Both the position numbers and the translations under genes were made by a program. Positions 9,309 to 17,466 of a DNA stretch of 58,998 bases are shown one piece after another. The stretch spans positions 1 through 58,998 of the IMG/VR virus record IMGVR_UViG_3300032295_004123. One strand, written 5' to 3'. The first letter of the stretch is position 1; the number at the start of each line of letters is the position of its first letter. The notes beneath the pieces are model-generated. The model was not told where the DNA came from. It saw nothing but the letters and a program-made list of their open reading frames with translations, and did no database searches. The stretch comes from a virus (lineage: Duplodnaviria; Caudoviricetes).

Positions 9309-10097
9309 ATGGTAAAGGTTAGTCACGAAACCCCGTTATGTTTATTAGATGATAGTCGTATGTTTAATGACTATGATTATTGCCTCCCCCACTTACTTGA
9401 TCAAGAGCAAGGTTACCAAGATTATTTCTTGACTTCTTCAGCACAGGGTCGATATATTATTATGGATAATTCACTTCATGAGCTAGGACATGCTTATGAT
9501 GAGAATCGTCTAATGTATTGGATTGATGTGTTGCGTCCTAATGAATTTATTGTACCTGATGTTTGGCAAGATCGAGACAAATCAGTTGTAAACGCCCGTA
9601 AGTGGGCTCAGGTCGAACTACCTGTAGGAGTAGAAAAGGTAGCTGTGGTTCAAGCAACTACACTCCATGAAGCATCAACTTGCTACCAAACCTACAAAGA
9701 TCTAGGTTACAAGAAAATTGCATTCTCATACGGTGCCTCTTATTACAATGATGTAGTACCTCACCCTAACAAAAATCTAGGCAAAGCATTAGGTCGTATC
9801 TCAGTTATTTCAGCACTTCATAAAATTAATGTTATTGAAAATAATGACCGAGTGCATTTATTAGGTTGTCAAGTACCACAAGAATTTGGTTGGTATCGCG
9901 GATTTAAATTTATCGAATCAATTGATACTTCAAACCCAGTAATGGCGACGTTAGAAGGAATTCGTTATACTAACGCGGGTTTAACCGAAAAACCTAAAGC
10001 CAATATGAATGATTACTTTTTTATGTTATCAGACCAAATTGATTATGAGCTTTTATCTCATAACATTCTTAAGTTCCGTGAAATTAACGATCTTTAA
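9309..10097 (+). CDS. TGT/DpdA-like guanine transglycosylase (putative DNA 7-deazaguanine insertion)
   Basis: IIMDNS, VAVVQ, VHLLG, SIDTS motifs of the TGT barrel; located beside que genes. Confidence 0.6.
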   Translation: MVKVSHETPLCLLDDSRMFNDYDYCLPHLLDQEQGYQDYFLTSSAQGRYIIMDNSLHELGHAYDENRLMYWIDVLRPNEFIVPDVWQDRDKSVVNARKWAQVELPVGVEKVAVVQATTLHEASTCYQTYKDLGYKKIAFSYGASYYNDVVPHPNKNLGKALGRISVISALHKINVIENNDRVHLLGCQVPQEFGWYRGFKFIESIDTSNPVMATLEGIRYTNAGLTEKPKANMNDYFFMLSDQIDYELLSHNILKFREINDL

Positions 10098-10109
10098 AAA
10101 ATAAAAGTT

Positions 10110-10370
10110 ATGCCAGAATTTGAAGCTTGGGTAGATGTTGATGTAGATGACTTCTACTGCGAATGTCGTGATAAAGATAAAAAAGAATTAGCAGAAATGT
10201 TAATTGAAGATGGTTATGCTTCTCCGTTTAATGGTACAGGAGATACTATCGAAGATACTGATCTGGATCAAGCTATAGCTAAAATCATCCGATTCAGAAT
10301 GCAGCTTACAGTTGAAGAAGAAGAATTGATTAAGAAAATTGGAAACAGAGTTTGCCTATACTCTTTATAA
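10110..10370 (+). CDS. Hypothetical acidic protein
   Basis: ORF with aaaataaaagtt leader. Confidence 0.6.
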   Translation: MPEFEAWVDVDVDDFYCECRDKDKKELAEMLIEDGYASPFNGTGDTIEDTDLDQAIAKIIRFRMQLTVEEEELIKKIGNRVCLYSL

Positions 10371-10379
10371 TTTATAATT

Positions 10380-10577
10380 ATGCCTAAATTAACTGTAATA
10401 GAAAGAACTGAACGCATCTACCAAGTAGACCTTACTCAAGAACAGTATATTCGAGCTGAAAAAAGCGGCGAGGGTTGGAAGGAAGTTTATGAGGAGATGT
10501 ATGATAAATTAGAATTAGTAGAGACAAAAGAAGGTCCGACTAGTAAGTTTATTTTAAGCGGTGATAAAATTAAATAG
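10380..10577 (+). CDS. Hypothetical protein
   Basis: ORF in operon. Confidence 0.55.
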   Translation: MPKLTVIERTERIYQVDLTQEQYIRAEKSGEGWKEVYEEMYDKLELVETKEGPTSKFILSGDKIK

Positions 10578-10607
10578 CGTTTGCCTATACGCTCACAATA
10601 CCTGGCA
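10576..10607 (+). ncRNA. Candidate H-type pseudoknot / riboswitch-like element upstream of queC
   Basis: AGCGT(10576-80)/ACGCT(10589-93) stem; loop TGCC(10582-85) complementary to GGCA(10604-07). Confidence 0.35.
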
Positions 10608-10628
10608 CATTAAATATTTATACAAAAC

Positions 10629-11423
10629 ATGGCTAAACACGTAGTAGTTTCGTTATCTGGAGGAATGGATTCCTCAACATTGTTGCTTCGTTGCTTGAAA
10701 GAGTACGATACAGTAACAGCACTTTCATTTGATTACGGTCAAAAACACCGAGTAGAGCTAGAGAGAGCTCAATCATTGGTTGAATACCTAAATAAAAATA
10801 ACCAATCTATTAATTACAGAGTTATCACACTTGATGGTTTGGTCAATCTACTCAACTCAGCACTTGTAACAGGTGGAGATGAAGTACCTGAAGGACATTA
10901 CGCTGAAGAAAATATGAAAGCAACAGTTGTTCCTAATCGTAACAAAATCTTTGCTTCAATCATTCAAGCAGTTGCACTTTCAATCGCTGAAAAAACAGGT
11001 GAACAATGTGATATTGCATTAGGGGTACATAGCGGGGACCATTCGATTTACCCAGATTGTACAAGTGAATTTAGAGATGCTGATGATCATGCCTTTAGAA
11101 TAGGTAATTGGGGAGCTGATAAAGTAGGTTATTACACTCCTTATATGGAAGGTAATAAATTTACCATTCTCCAAGATGGGGAAGTATTGTGTGGAGAACT
11201 TGGATTAGATTTTAATGAAGTATACAAACGCACTAACACAAGTTACAAACCTTACCCGTCAGGTAATTCTGATTACATGTCTGCTTCAAGTGTTGAGCGT
11301 ATTGAAGCCTTTATCCTCTTAGGTCGCCCAGATCCTGTTCAATATGAAGATGAAACAGGTGAAGTAAGTTGGGAAATAGCTAAAACTCATGTTGAAAAAG
11401 TTTTAAAAGAATTTAACCATTAA
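10629..11423 (+). CDS. queC: 7-cyano-7-deazaguanine synthase
   Basis: SGGMDS, FDYGQKH, VPNRN, YPDC motifs. Confidence 0.93.
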   Translation: MAKHVVVSLSGGMDSSTLLLRCLKEYDTVTALSFDYGQKHRVELERAQSLVEYLNKNNQSINYRVITLDGLVNLLNSALVTGGDEVPEGHYAEENMKATVVPNRNKIFASIIQAVALSIAEKTGEQCDIALGVHSGDHSIYPDCTSEFRDADDHAFRIGNWGADKVGYYTPYMEGNKFTILQDGEVLCGELGLDFNEVYKRTNTSYKPYPSGNSDYMSASSVERIEAFILLGRPDPVQYEDETGEVSWEIAKTHVEKVLKEFNH

Positions 11424-11434
11424 TATATTTTCGA

Positions 11435-11467
11435 GGGTATTCACAATATTTATTATCGTGAATACCC
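11435..11467 (+). promoter_or_regulatory. 10-bp hairpin enclosing an AATATTTAT motif upstream of the HNH gene
   Basis: GGGTATTCAC-aatatttattatc-GTGAATACCC. Confidence 0.65.
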
Positions 11468-11482
11468 CTTAATTATATTAAT

Positions 11483-11920
11483 ATGAAAACCTGTAGTGAT
11501 TGTAAATTAGAAAAACCATTTAATGATTTTTCATACGATAAAAGTAGAAATAGATATTTAAGTGTTTGTAAATCTTGTACTGCTATTAGAACTGAAACTT
11601 ATAGACAAAGTAATAAAGATAAGTGGGAAGAAAATAGTAAAAAACATAGTAACAAATACAACCAACTAATATTAGAATGGAAATCCCAAGGGTGTTCTAA
11701 ATGCAATGAAAAAAGACCTCATACAATAGATGCACACCATATTAATCCTAATGAAAAAGATTTTATGGTAGGTACTGTTAAACGAGGAATTAAAATAACA
11801 AAAGAAGAATTAAAAAAATGTATCCCTTTATGTTCCAACTGTCACAGAGATTTTCACTACCATGAAAAACAAACAGGAATAACTATAAACGAATATTTAA
11901 ATTTAAGTCATGAGCGATAG
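11483..11920 (+). CDS. Free-standing HNH homing endonuclease
   Basis: N-terminal CxxC..CxxC; CSKC..DAHHINP..LCSNCH. Confidence 0.85.
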   Translation: MKTCSDCKLEKPFNDFSYDKSRNRYLSVCKSCTAIRTETYRQSNKDKWEENSKKHSNKYNQLILEWKSQGCSKCNEKRPHTIDAHHINPNEKDFMVGTVKRGIKITKEELKKCIPLCSNCHRDFHYHEKQTGITINEYLNLSHER

Positions 11921-12137
11921 AAGTAATATTTACCGAGATATTTTCAACGGTAAAAATAAAGAACGTTGGGAAGAAGAACAAAAGCATATGCCAAACCAAA
12001 AATGGCATAAGATTATGAGCTTTATCAAATCAAGTATTCGTATAACTGGGTATATTCTTATCCCATTTGATTTGGTTACTGCAGCTTTTGTTCTTATATT
12101 CAGCGAAATAGTAGGAATATTAGAAGAATTAGTATGA
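11910..12137 (+). CDS. Small membrane protein
   Basis: KSSIRITGY...EIVGILEELV hydrophobic C-terminus. Confidence 0.6.
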   Translation: MSDRSNIYRDIFNGKNKERWEEEQKHMPNQKWHKIMSFIKSSIRITGYILIPFDLVTAAFVLIFSEIVGILEELV

Positions 12138-12280
12138 AAAAATTTGGAGACTTGATCCTGAAATATGGACATTGGAGCTTTTTAGCAAGCTCATTAGTTG
12201 AAGCATCAAATCGCCATTGGTTTATGGCCTCGGCATTGATGTTTCTTTTTATTAACTATCAATTTTTAGACAAAAAATGA
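12134..12280 (+). CDS. Small hydrophobic protein (48 aa, not in the ORF track)
   Basis: MKKFGDLILKYGHWSFL...DKK; ATGA overlaps at both ends. Confidence 0.55.
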   Translation: MKKFGDLILKYGHWSFLASSLVEASNRHWFMASALMFLFINYQFLDKK

Positions 12281-12525
12281 GAACACTATGGTATTTTTCA
12301 GCTGACTGGTGCGGCCCCTGCAAACAATTTGGACCTATAATGGACCGACTAGCTGAACAAGGCATTCCTATTAAAAAACTCAACATAGATTACACCCCAG
12401 ATGCTTCTACAAGATTTGGAATTAAAAACATCCCAACTGTAATTTTAGTAGAAAATGAACAAGAAATAGCTCGTTTTACAGGAGCTCGTACCCCACAACA
12501 AGTAGTAGAATTTCTTAATCAATAA
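12277..12525 (+). CDS. trxA: Thioredoxin
   Basis: WCGPC active site and IPT cis-Pro. Confidence 0.9.
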   Translation: MRTLWYFSADWCGPCKQFGPIMDRLAEQGIPIKKLNIDYTPDASTRFGIKNIPTVILVENEQEIARFTGARTPQQVVEFLNQ

Positions 12526-12989
12526 TGGGAACCTTTAGATCAACAAAAGTATTTGACGGATACTCAACAGTCTTCCGTCAGTGGAAAGCCGAAGGAACTC
12601 ATTGTGAATTTCTACACGGTTATGGAGTAAGTTTAAAAGTATGGTTCGAAGGTGAACTCGATGAAAAAAACTGGGTTTGGGATTTCGGAGGTATGAAACG
12701 TGCTAAAGGTACTATTGATGGTATGAATCCTAAAGCATGGATGGATTATATGCTTGATCATACTACAATTGTAGCCGAAGATGATCCATATTTACCAGCA
12801 TTTAAACAAATGGAAGCATTCGATGTTATCCAACTTCGTATTCTACCAGCTACAGGAGCAGAACGATTCGCAGAATACTTCTACAATAAAATTAACGAGT
12901 TTGTTCAAGCTGAAACAGATGATCGAGTTAAAGTAGTTCAAGTTGAATTCCGTGAACACGAAAAGAATACAGCATTTTACAAAGGATAA
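12525..12989 (+). CDS. queD: 6-carboxytetrahydropterin synthase (PTPS family)
   Basis: HCEFLHGY, WDFG, LDH, AE motifs. Confidence 0.85.
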   Translation: MGTFRSTKVFDGYSTVFRQWKAEGTHCEFLHGYGVSLKVWFEGELDEKNWVWDFGGMKRAKGTIDGMNPKAWMDYMLDHTTIVAEDDPYLPAFKQMEAFDVIQLRILPATGAERFAEYFYNKINEFVQAETDDRVKVVQVEFREHEKNTAFYKG

Positions 12990-12990
12990 T

Positions 12991-13773
12991 ATGTCACTAG
13001 GAAGAATAGAAGATTATAATAAGATTCTACCAATTGTAGAACTTTATACATGTGTGCAATCAGAGGGTAGCCGTGCAGGTCGCCCTACTGTTGCTATTCG
13101 TACAACAGGATGCACCCACCGTTGCTACTTTGGTGACGGAGGCTGGTGTGACTCTTGGTACACGAGCATTCACCCTGAAAAAGGTAAATATACCTTCCAG
13201 GACATTATCAACATTTACGATGAAAATCCCGAAATCACAGAAATGATGCTTACCGGAGGTTCACCTACAATGCATCCTAAAATCGTAAACGAATTAACTC
13301 ATTTCGCAAATGAAAGAGGTATTATCATCACTATTGAAACTGAAGGATCACATTTTTTGGAAACCGATTACCCTATTGGTTTGGTTTCTTTTAGTCCTAA
13401 GTTTGCTAACAGTGTTCCAACTTTGGGTGCTAAAACGCCTCTTGGAGACGTTGTAGACGAAAAGTTTATCCATACTCATAATCGTTACCGCTTGAATAAA
13501 GATGCGATTAAAAAGTCAATGGAGTACCATAGCGACTACCATATGAAAGTAGTTGTTAACCCAGAAGAACAACCAGCTACATGGGATGAAATTAAAGAGT
13601 TCTTGGATGAACTTGAGGTACCACGCCACAAAATTTGGATTATGCCTCCAGGAGATAATCGTGATGAGTTGATCCGTGTTTACCCTATGGTAATTAATTG
13701 GTGTACTGAACACAAGTACAACTTTACCGGTAGAGAACACATTATTGCTTTTGATACTAAACGCGAAGTCTGA
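12991..13773 (+). CDS. queE: 7-carboxy-7-deazaguanine synthase (radical SAM)
   Basis: VQSEG..GRP..IRTTGCTHRC..WCDS, LTGGSP, IETEG, SPK; ATG at 12991 preferred. Confidence 0.9.
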   Translation: MSLGRIEDYNKILPIVELYTCVQSEGSRAGRPTVAIRTTGCTHRCYFGDGGWCDSWYTSIHPEKGKYTFQDIINIYDENPEITEMMLTGGSPTMHPKIVNELTHFANERGIIITIETEGSHFLETDYPIGLVSFSPKFANSVPTLGAKTPLGDVVDEKFIHTHNRYRLNKDAIKKSMEYHSDYHMKVVVNPEEQPATWDEIKEFLDELEVPRHKIWIMPPGDNRDELIRVYPMVINWCTEHKYNFTGREHIIAFDTKREV

Positions 13774-13967
13774 TGCCTAACGATTATTTATCTGTTCTTT
13801 GGGGTCTTTGGAAAGACAACATTATCACCCCTAATCAAGTTATAGAAGCTCTAAATTTATATGGGTATAACTTAGATTATATCACTAAAAGTGGACTTAA
13901 AGCTTCTAAACCTGGAGAAACTCATGAATTTAAATATGGACCAGCGTTATCCTATGAACAATCTTGA
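13773..13967 (+). CDS. Hypothetical protein
   Basis: Translationally coupled small ORF. Confidence 0.5.
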   Translation: MPNDYLSVLWGLWKDNIITPNQVIEALNLYGYNLDYITKSGLKASKPGETHEFKYGPALSYEQS

Positions 13968-15108
13968 TAAAGCATATCAAGCACTCCTCCAGGACATCCT
14001 AGATAACGGAGTAGAGAAGACAGACCGCACTGGAACTGGAACAATTTCAGTATTTGGACGTCAAATCAGGCATAAAATGTCTGAAGGTTATCCTTTGCTT
14101 ACTACCAAGAAGATGGCATTTAAAACTATGGTAACTGAGTTGCTATGGTTTTTAAGAGGAGATACCAACATCAAGTATTTGGTTGATAATAATTGTCATA
14201 TTTGGGATGGTGATTGCTTTGCTAATTATGTTAGAACTTTTTCTAAGTATGTGGATTCGTTACCTGAAAATAGTGAAACTGAATTTATTATTAACAAAGA
14301 TAAGTTCATCAACAAAATCAAAACAGATGATGAGTTTGCTAAGAAGTGGGGTGACCTTGGATCTGTGTATGGAAAGCAATGGAGAAGTTGGGGTAAAAAA
14401 AACGTAATAAATTATGATTTAGAAAATGTAAAAAGTTCTGACAAAGTTAAAGTTATGGACTTAATTCGTGATGGTGGAGATCATAGTAAATATGATGTTA
14501 AAGTAACGTACCAAAATAATTCAATAGACCAAATCGCAAATCTAATCAACGACCTTAAAACAAATCCAGACTCAAGACGATTGATGGTTAATGCTTGGAA
14601 TGTAGGTGAATTAGACCAAATGGTTCTTCCACCTTGTCATTATGGATTTCAAGTTTATACGAGAGAGTTGAGTTTAGAAAAACGATACAACATATGGTTT
14701 AATAACAACTATGAAACAGGTATGGAAAGGTTCTTTGACCCTAATAATTTACCTGATTTTGATAATCCATATTATACACCAACCCCAACAAGAACAATTT
14801 CATTAATGTGGAATCAACGTTCAGTAGATACATTTTTAGGTTTACCATTCAACATTGCATCTTATGGATTATTATTAATGATGTTAGCTGATGAAATGAA
14901 TATGGTTCCTGACGAACTAATTGGTAATTTAGGTGATGTTCACCTGTATAAAAATCATATTGAACAAGCTAAAGAACAGATCACTAGAGAGCCGATGGAA
15001 CTACCTACAGTGCATGTTAGGGATGGAATCTTCTGCAGCTCTCATGTAGATGTTATTTTAGAGAACTACCAATCACACCCAGCAATCAAAGCACCTTTAT
15101 CAAATTAA
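13954..15108 (+). CDS. thyA: Thymidylate synthase
   Basis: DRTGTGT, ELLWF, LPPCH, QRSVDTFLGLPFN, HLYKNH; two insertions; ATG at 13954 preferred. Confidence 0.95.
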   Translation: MNNLDKAYQALLQDILDNGVEKTDRTGTGTISVFGRQIRHKMSEGYPLLTTKKMAFKTMVTELLWFLRGDTNIKYLVDNNCHIWDGDCFANYVRTFSKYVDSLPENSETEFIINKDKFINKIKTDDEFAKKWGDLGSVYGKQWRSWGKKNVINYDLENVKSSDKVKVMDLIRDGGDHSKYDVKVTYQNNSIDQIANLINDLKTNPDSRRLMVNAWNVGELDQMVLPPCHYGFQVYTRELSLEKRYNIWFNNNYETGMERFFDPNNLPDFDNPYYTPTPTRTISLMWNQRSVDTFLGLPFNIASYGLLLMMLADEMNMVPDELIGNLGDVHLYKNHIEQAKEQITREPMELPTVHVRDGIFCSSHVDVILENYQSHPAIKAPLSN

Positions 15109-15110
15109 AC

Positions 15111-15392
15111 ATGAAGCAAATATTATTAGAAAGACTCAAAGAAGGTTCTAAAACCTTTGTTCTATATTCTTCTGAAGGATGTCATTACTGTAAAGTAGTT
15201 AAACCCCAATTAAAAGAATATTCTCAAACTCATCAAATTCCTACATTTGAGATAGAAACAGGTAAAGAAATTACAGAAGACTTTTCTGAACATTTCCCTT
15301 GTGATGGATATCCTACTTTATATGTTTTTGAAAATCAAGAATATAAAAAATATGTAGGTGCAACTCAAATAGAAAATTTTATAAATGGTTGA
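15111..15392 (+). CDS. Thioredoxin-fold protein
   Basis: GCHYC and GYPT motifs. Confidence 0.75.
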   Translation: MKQILLERLKEGSKTFVLYSSEGCHYCKVVKPQLKEYSQTHQIPTFEIETGKEITEDFSEHFPCDGYPTLYVFENQEYKKYVGATQIENFING

Positions 15393-15909
15393 ACTATATT
15401 CGGCTAAAACCATTGATATTAAAACCAAAATTTTAGCCAAGCAAATTTCAGATGAACATAGAGGCGACGCTACACCTGTTGTAATGGTAGGTGTTTTAAA
15501 CGGAGCCTTTATGTTTCATTCTGATTTAGTCCGTAATATAGATATTGATGTCGAATGTGATTTTATTAGAGTCAAATCCTACTCAGGTAAAGAACGAGGC
15601 AGCATTCAACTTACCAAAGATGTTGAAACCTCAGTTCAAGGTAAACACGTCTACCTTGTAGACGATATCTTTGACTCAGGAGAAACAATGAAATTTTTAG
15701 CTAAATATTTTAACCTAAAAGGGGCTAAAACAATTAACATTGTTACCTTGGTAAAACGAGTTAAAAATAATTTTAACCCAATTGACCCACATAGTCATGT
15801 TTCAAGTTTCCGACATGCCTTCAAATGCGAAGACGAGTGGTTAATTGGTTACGGAATGGATTCAACTGGAGGATTCAAACGAAATTTAAAGTCAATTTTT
15901 GCTCTGTAA
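15385..15909 (+). CDS. hpt: Hypoxanthine/guanine phosphoribosyltransferase
   Basis: VLNGAFMF, KSY, LVDDIFDSGET, IGYGMD. Confidence 0.88.
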   Translation: MVELYSAKTIDIKTKILAKQISDEHRGDATPVVMVGVLNGAFMFHSDLVRNIDIDVECDFIRVKSYSGKERGSIQLTKDVETSVQGKHVYLVDDIFDSGETMKFLAKYFNLKGAKTINIVTLVKRVKNNFNPIDPHSHVSSFRHAFKCEDEWLIGYGMDSTGGFKRNLKSIFAL

Positions 15910-15928
15910 AGATTGTTTAGTACATTTA
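15898..15928 (+). promoter_or_regulatory. Early promoter variant
   Basis: TTTG-N19-TACATTTA upstream of folE. Confidence 0.55.
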
Positions 15929-15943
15929 CGTAAAATAAGTTAT

Positions 15944-16648
15944 ATGGAAAATATTGAAAATAAGCGTCGTAAAAAATACAACGACATTGAATGCGTACCA
16001 GCAGGGTTCGCGAATGGTGTAGCAGGAGATTTCCCGCTTACCCAAGAACAAAAAGATCAAATGATTGAAGAAGCAGCAGAACACTTTGGTAAGTTTCTTA
16101 CTGCACTAAAATGCGATTGGCAGAACGATCCTAACTCAATGGAAACACCTCGTCGTGTAGCTAAAGCTTACGTAAACGATTTGTGGAAAGGTCGCTACAA
16201 CAACTTTACAGAAATCACTTCATTCCCATCAGATGGTTACGATGGAATTATCATTGAACGTAACATTCAACTTACCTCAATGTGTTCACATCACCACCAA
16301 ACCATTCGTGGAGTAGTTCATATTGGTTATGTAGCTGGAAATGAAGGTCGAGTAATCGGTTTGTCTAAACTAAACCGAATTGTAGAGCATTTTGGTCGTC
16401 GAGGCGCTATCCAAGAACAGCTTACAGCAGCTATTCATCAAGCAGTAGATAAAGTAACTGAAGGTAATTTGGGTGTGATTGTAACTGTGGTAGCCACTCA
16501 CAATTGCGTATCTTGCCGAGGTATTAACCACCAAGGCGCAGCAATGGTAACTACCAAAGCATCAGGTGTGTTTATGGATAATACAAATCAAGCACGCCAA
16601 GAGTTTTTTGATTCACTAAAAATCAATAATGGAAATATCTCTATCTGA
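15944..16648 (+). CDS. folE: GTP cyclohydrolase I
   Basis: ETPRRVAK, SMCSHH, GLSKLNR, IQEQLT, HNCVSCRG; ATG at 15944 preferred. Confidence 0.95.
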   Translation: MENIENKRRKKYNDIECVPAGFANGVAGDFPLTQEQKDQMIEEAAEHFGKFLTALKCDWQNDPNSMETPRRVAKAYVNDLWKGRYNNFTEITSFPSDGYDGIIIERNIQLTSMCSHHHQTIRGVVHIGYVAGNEGRVIGLSKLNRIVEHFGRRGAIQEQLTAAIHQAVDKVTEGNLGVIVTVVATHNCVSCRGINHQGAAMVTTKASGVFMDNTNQARQEFFDSLKINNGNISI

Positions 16649-16850
16649 AAAAGACATCAAACGTCTAATTGTAGCTGAACTGCAAGGTAATCTTCAAATA
16701 CTAATTGATCCTAAACAAAAAGACAGCTTTAGTGAAGGCCGCATCCAAGTTTGGACCGACATTGTAAGCACAAGACTTTATCACCATTTAACTGAACAAA
16801 ACAAATATGAATCAATTTCAGGAATTAATCCAGATCGAATTAATCAATAG
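16629..16850 (+). CDS. Small helical protein paralogous to the N-terminus of the next ORF
   Basis: 11/46 ungapped identity to the N-terminus of 16807 ORF (hand alignment). Confidence 0.55.
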   Translation: MEISLSEKDIKRLIVAELQGNLQILIDPKQKDSFSEGRIQVWTDIVSTRLYHHLTEQNKYESISGINPDRINQ

Positions 16851-17466
16851 TTTAGGTCTCCTCCGCTCACTCTCAGACCGAGATGAAGCAACTCGCAACC
16901 CAGAAATGGAATGGGCTGAAACAACATCAAACCGAATCGCAAAATTATTCAATGGACAATATGTACCATTCGTCAGCGAGGTTGAAGAGTTCAACAGCTT
17001 AATGAATAAACCAAACAACTATGTCCCTCAAATACCGAATAATAGAGCTGAGTGGGAGTTCGTATATAACTTCGTTCTCGAAGAACTTGAAGAATATAAA
17101 CAAGCTTGCGAAAGTGGAGACATAGTTGAAGTTTTGGATGCATTGTGCGACATTGCTTACGTTTCCCTTGGGAACGGTACTATGCTTCATGGTCTTAAGA
17201 ATAAAATTTGGCCCGCTTACATGGAAGTACAAGCATCGAATATTTCAAAGGCTTGTGGAACTGAAGAAGAGGCAGAAAAAACTGTACAAGTACGTTCCGA
17301 GGAACAAGGCGAAGTATGTCATTATGAACAGGTTGGTGACAAGTACGTTGTATATCGTAGCCGAGACCGTAAAGTAATGAAATCAATCAATTACTTTAGA
17401 CCTGATCTAAAACAATTTTTCCCACTAGAATACTTCTCAACCCACTCTGCAGCCGCTAAAAAATGA
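16807..17466 (+). CDS. MazG-like (all-alpha) NTP pyrophosphohydrolase
   Basis: EELEEY...EVLDALCDIAYV...EVQASNISK. Confidence 0.8.
   Translation: MNQFQELIQIELINSLGLLRSLSDRDEATRNPEMEWAETTSNRIAKLFNGQYVPFVSEVEEFNSLMNKPNNYVPQIPNNRAEWEFVYNFVLEELEEYKQACESGDIVEVLDALCDIAYVSLGNGTMLHGLKNKIWPAYMEVQASNISKACGTEEEAEKTVQVRSEEQGEVCHYEQVGDKYVVYRSRDRKVMKSINYFRPDLKQFFPLEYFSTHSAAAKK

Noticed and set aside
10380-10631. Stop-codon read-through from ORF 10380 into queC (same frame, pseudoknot at the TAG)
   Set aside because: A second in-frame stop (TAA 10611-13) intervenes, and queC has a normal N-terminus
14390-14790. Insertions in thyA as possible intein or intron
   Set aside because: Two short in-frame loops without splicing motifs; loop insertions are common in phage ThyA
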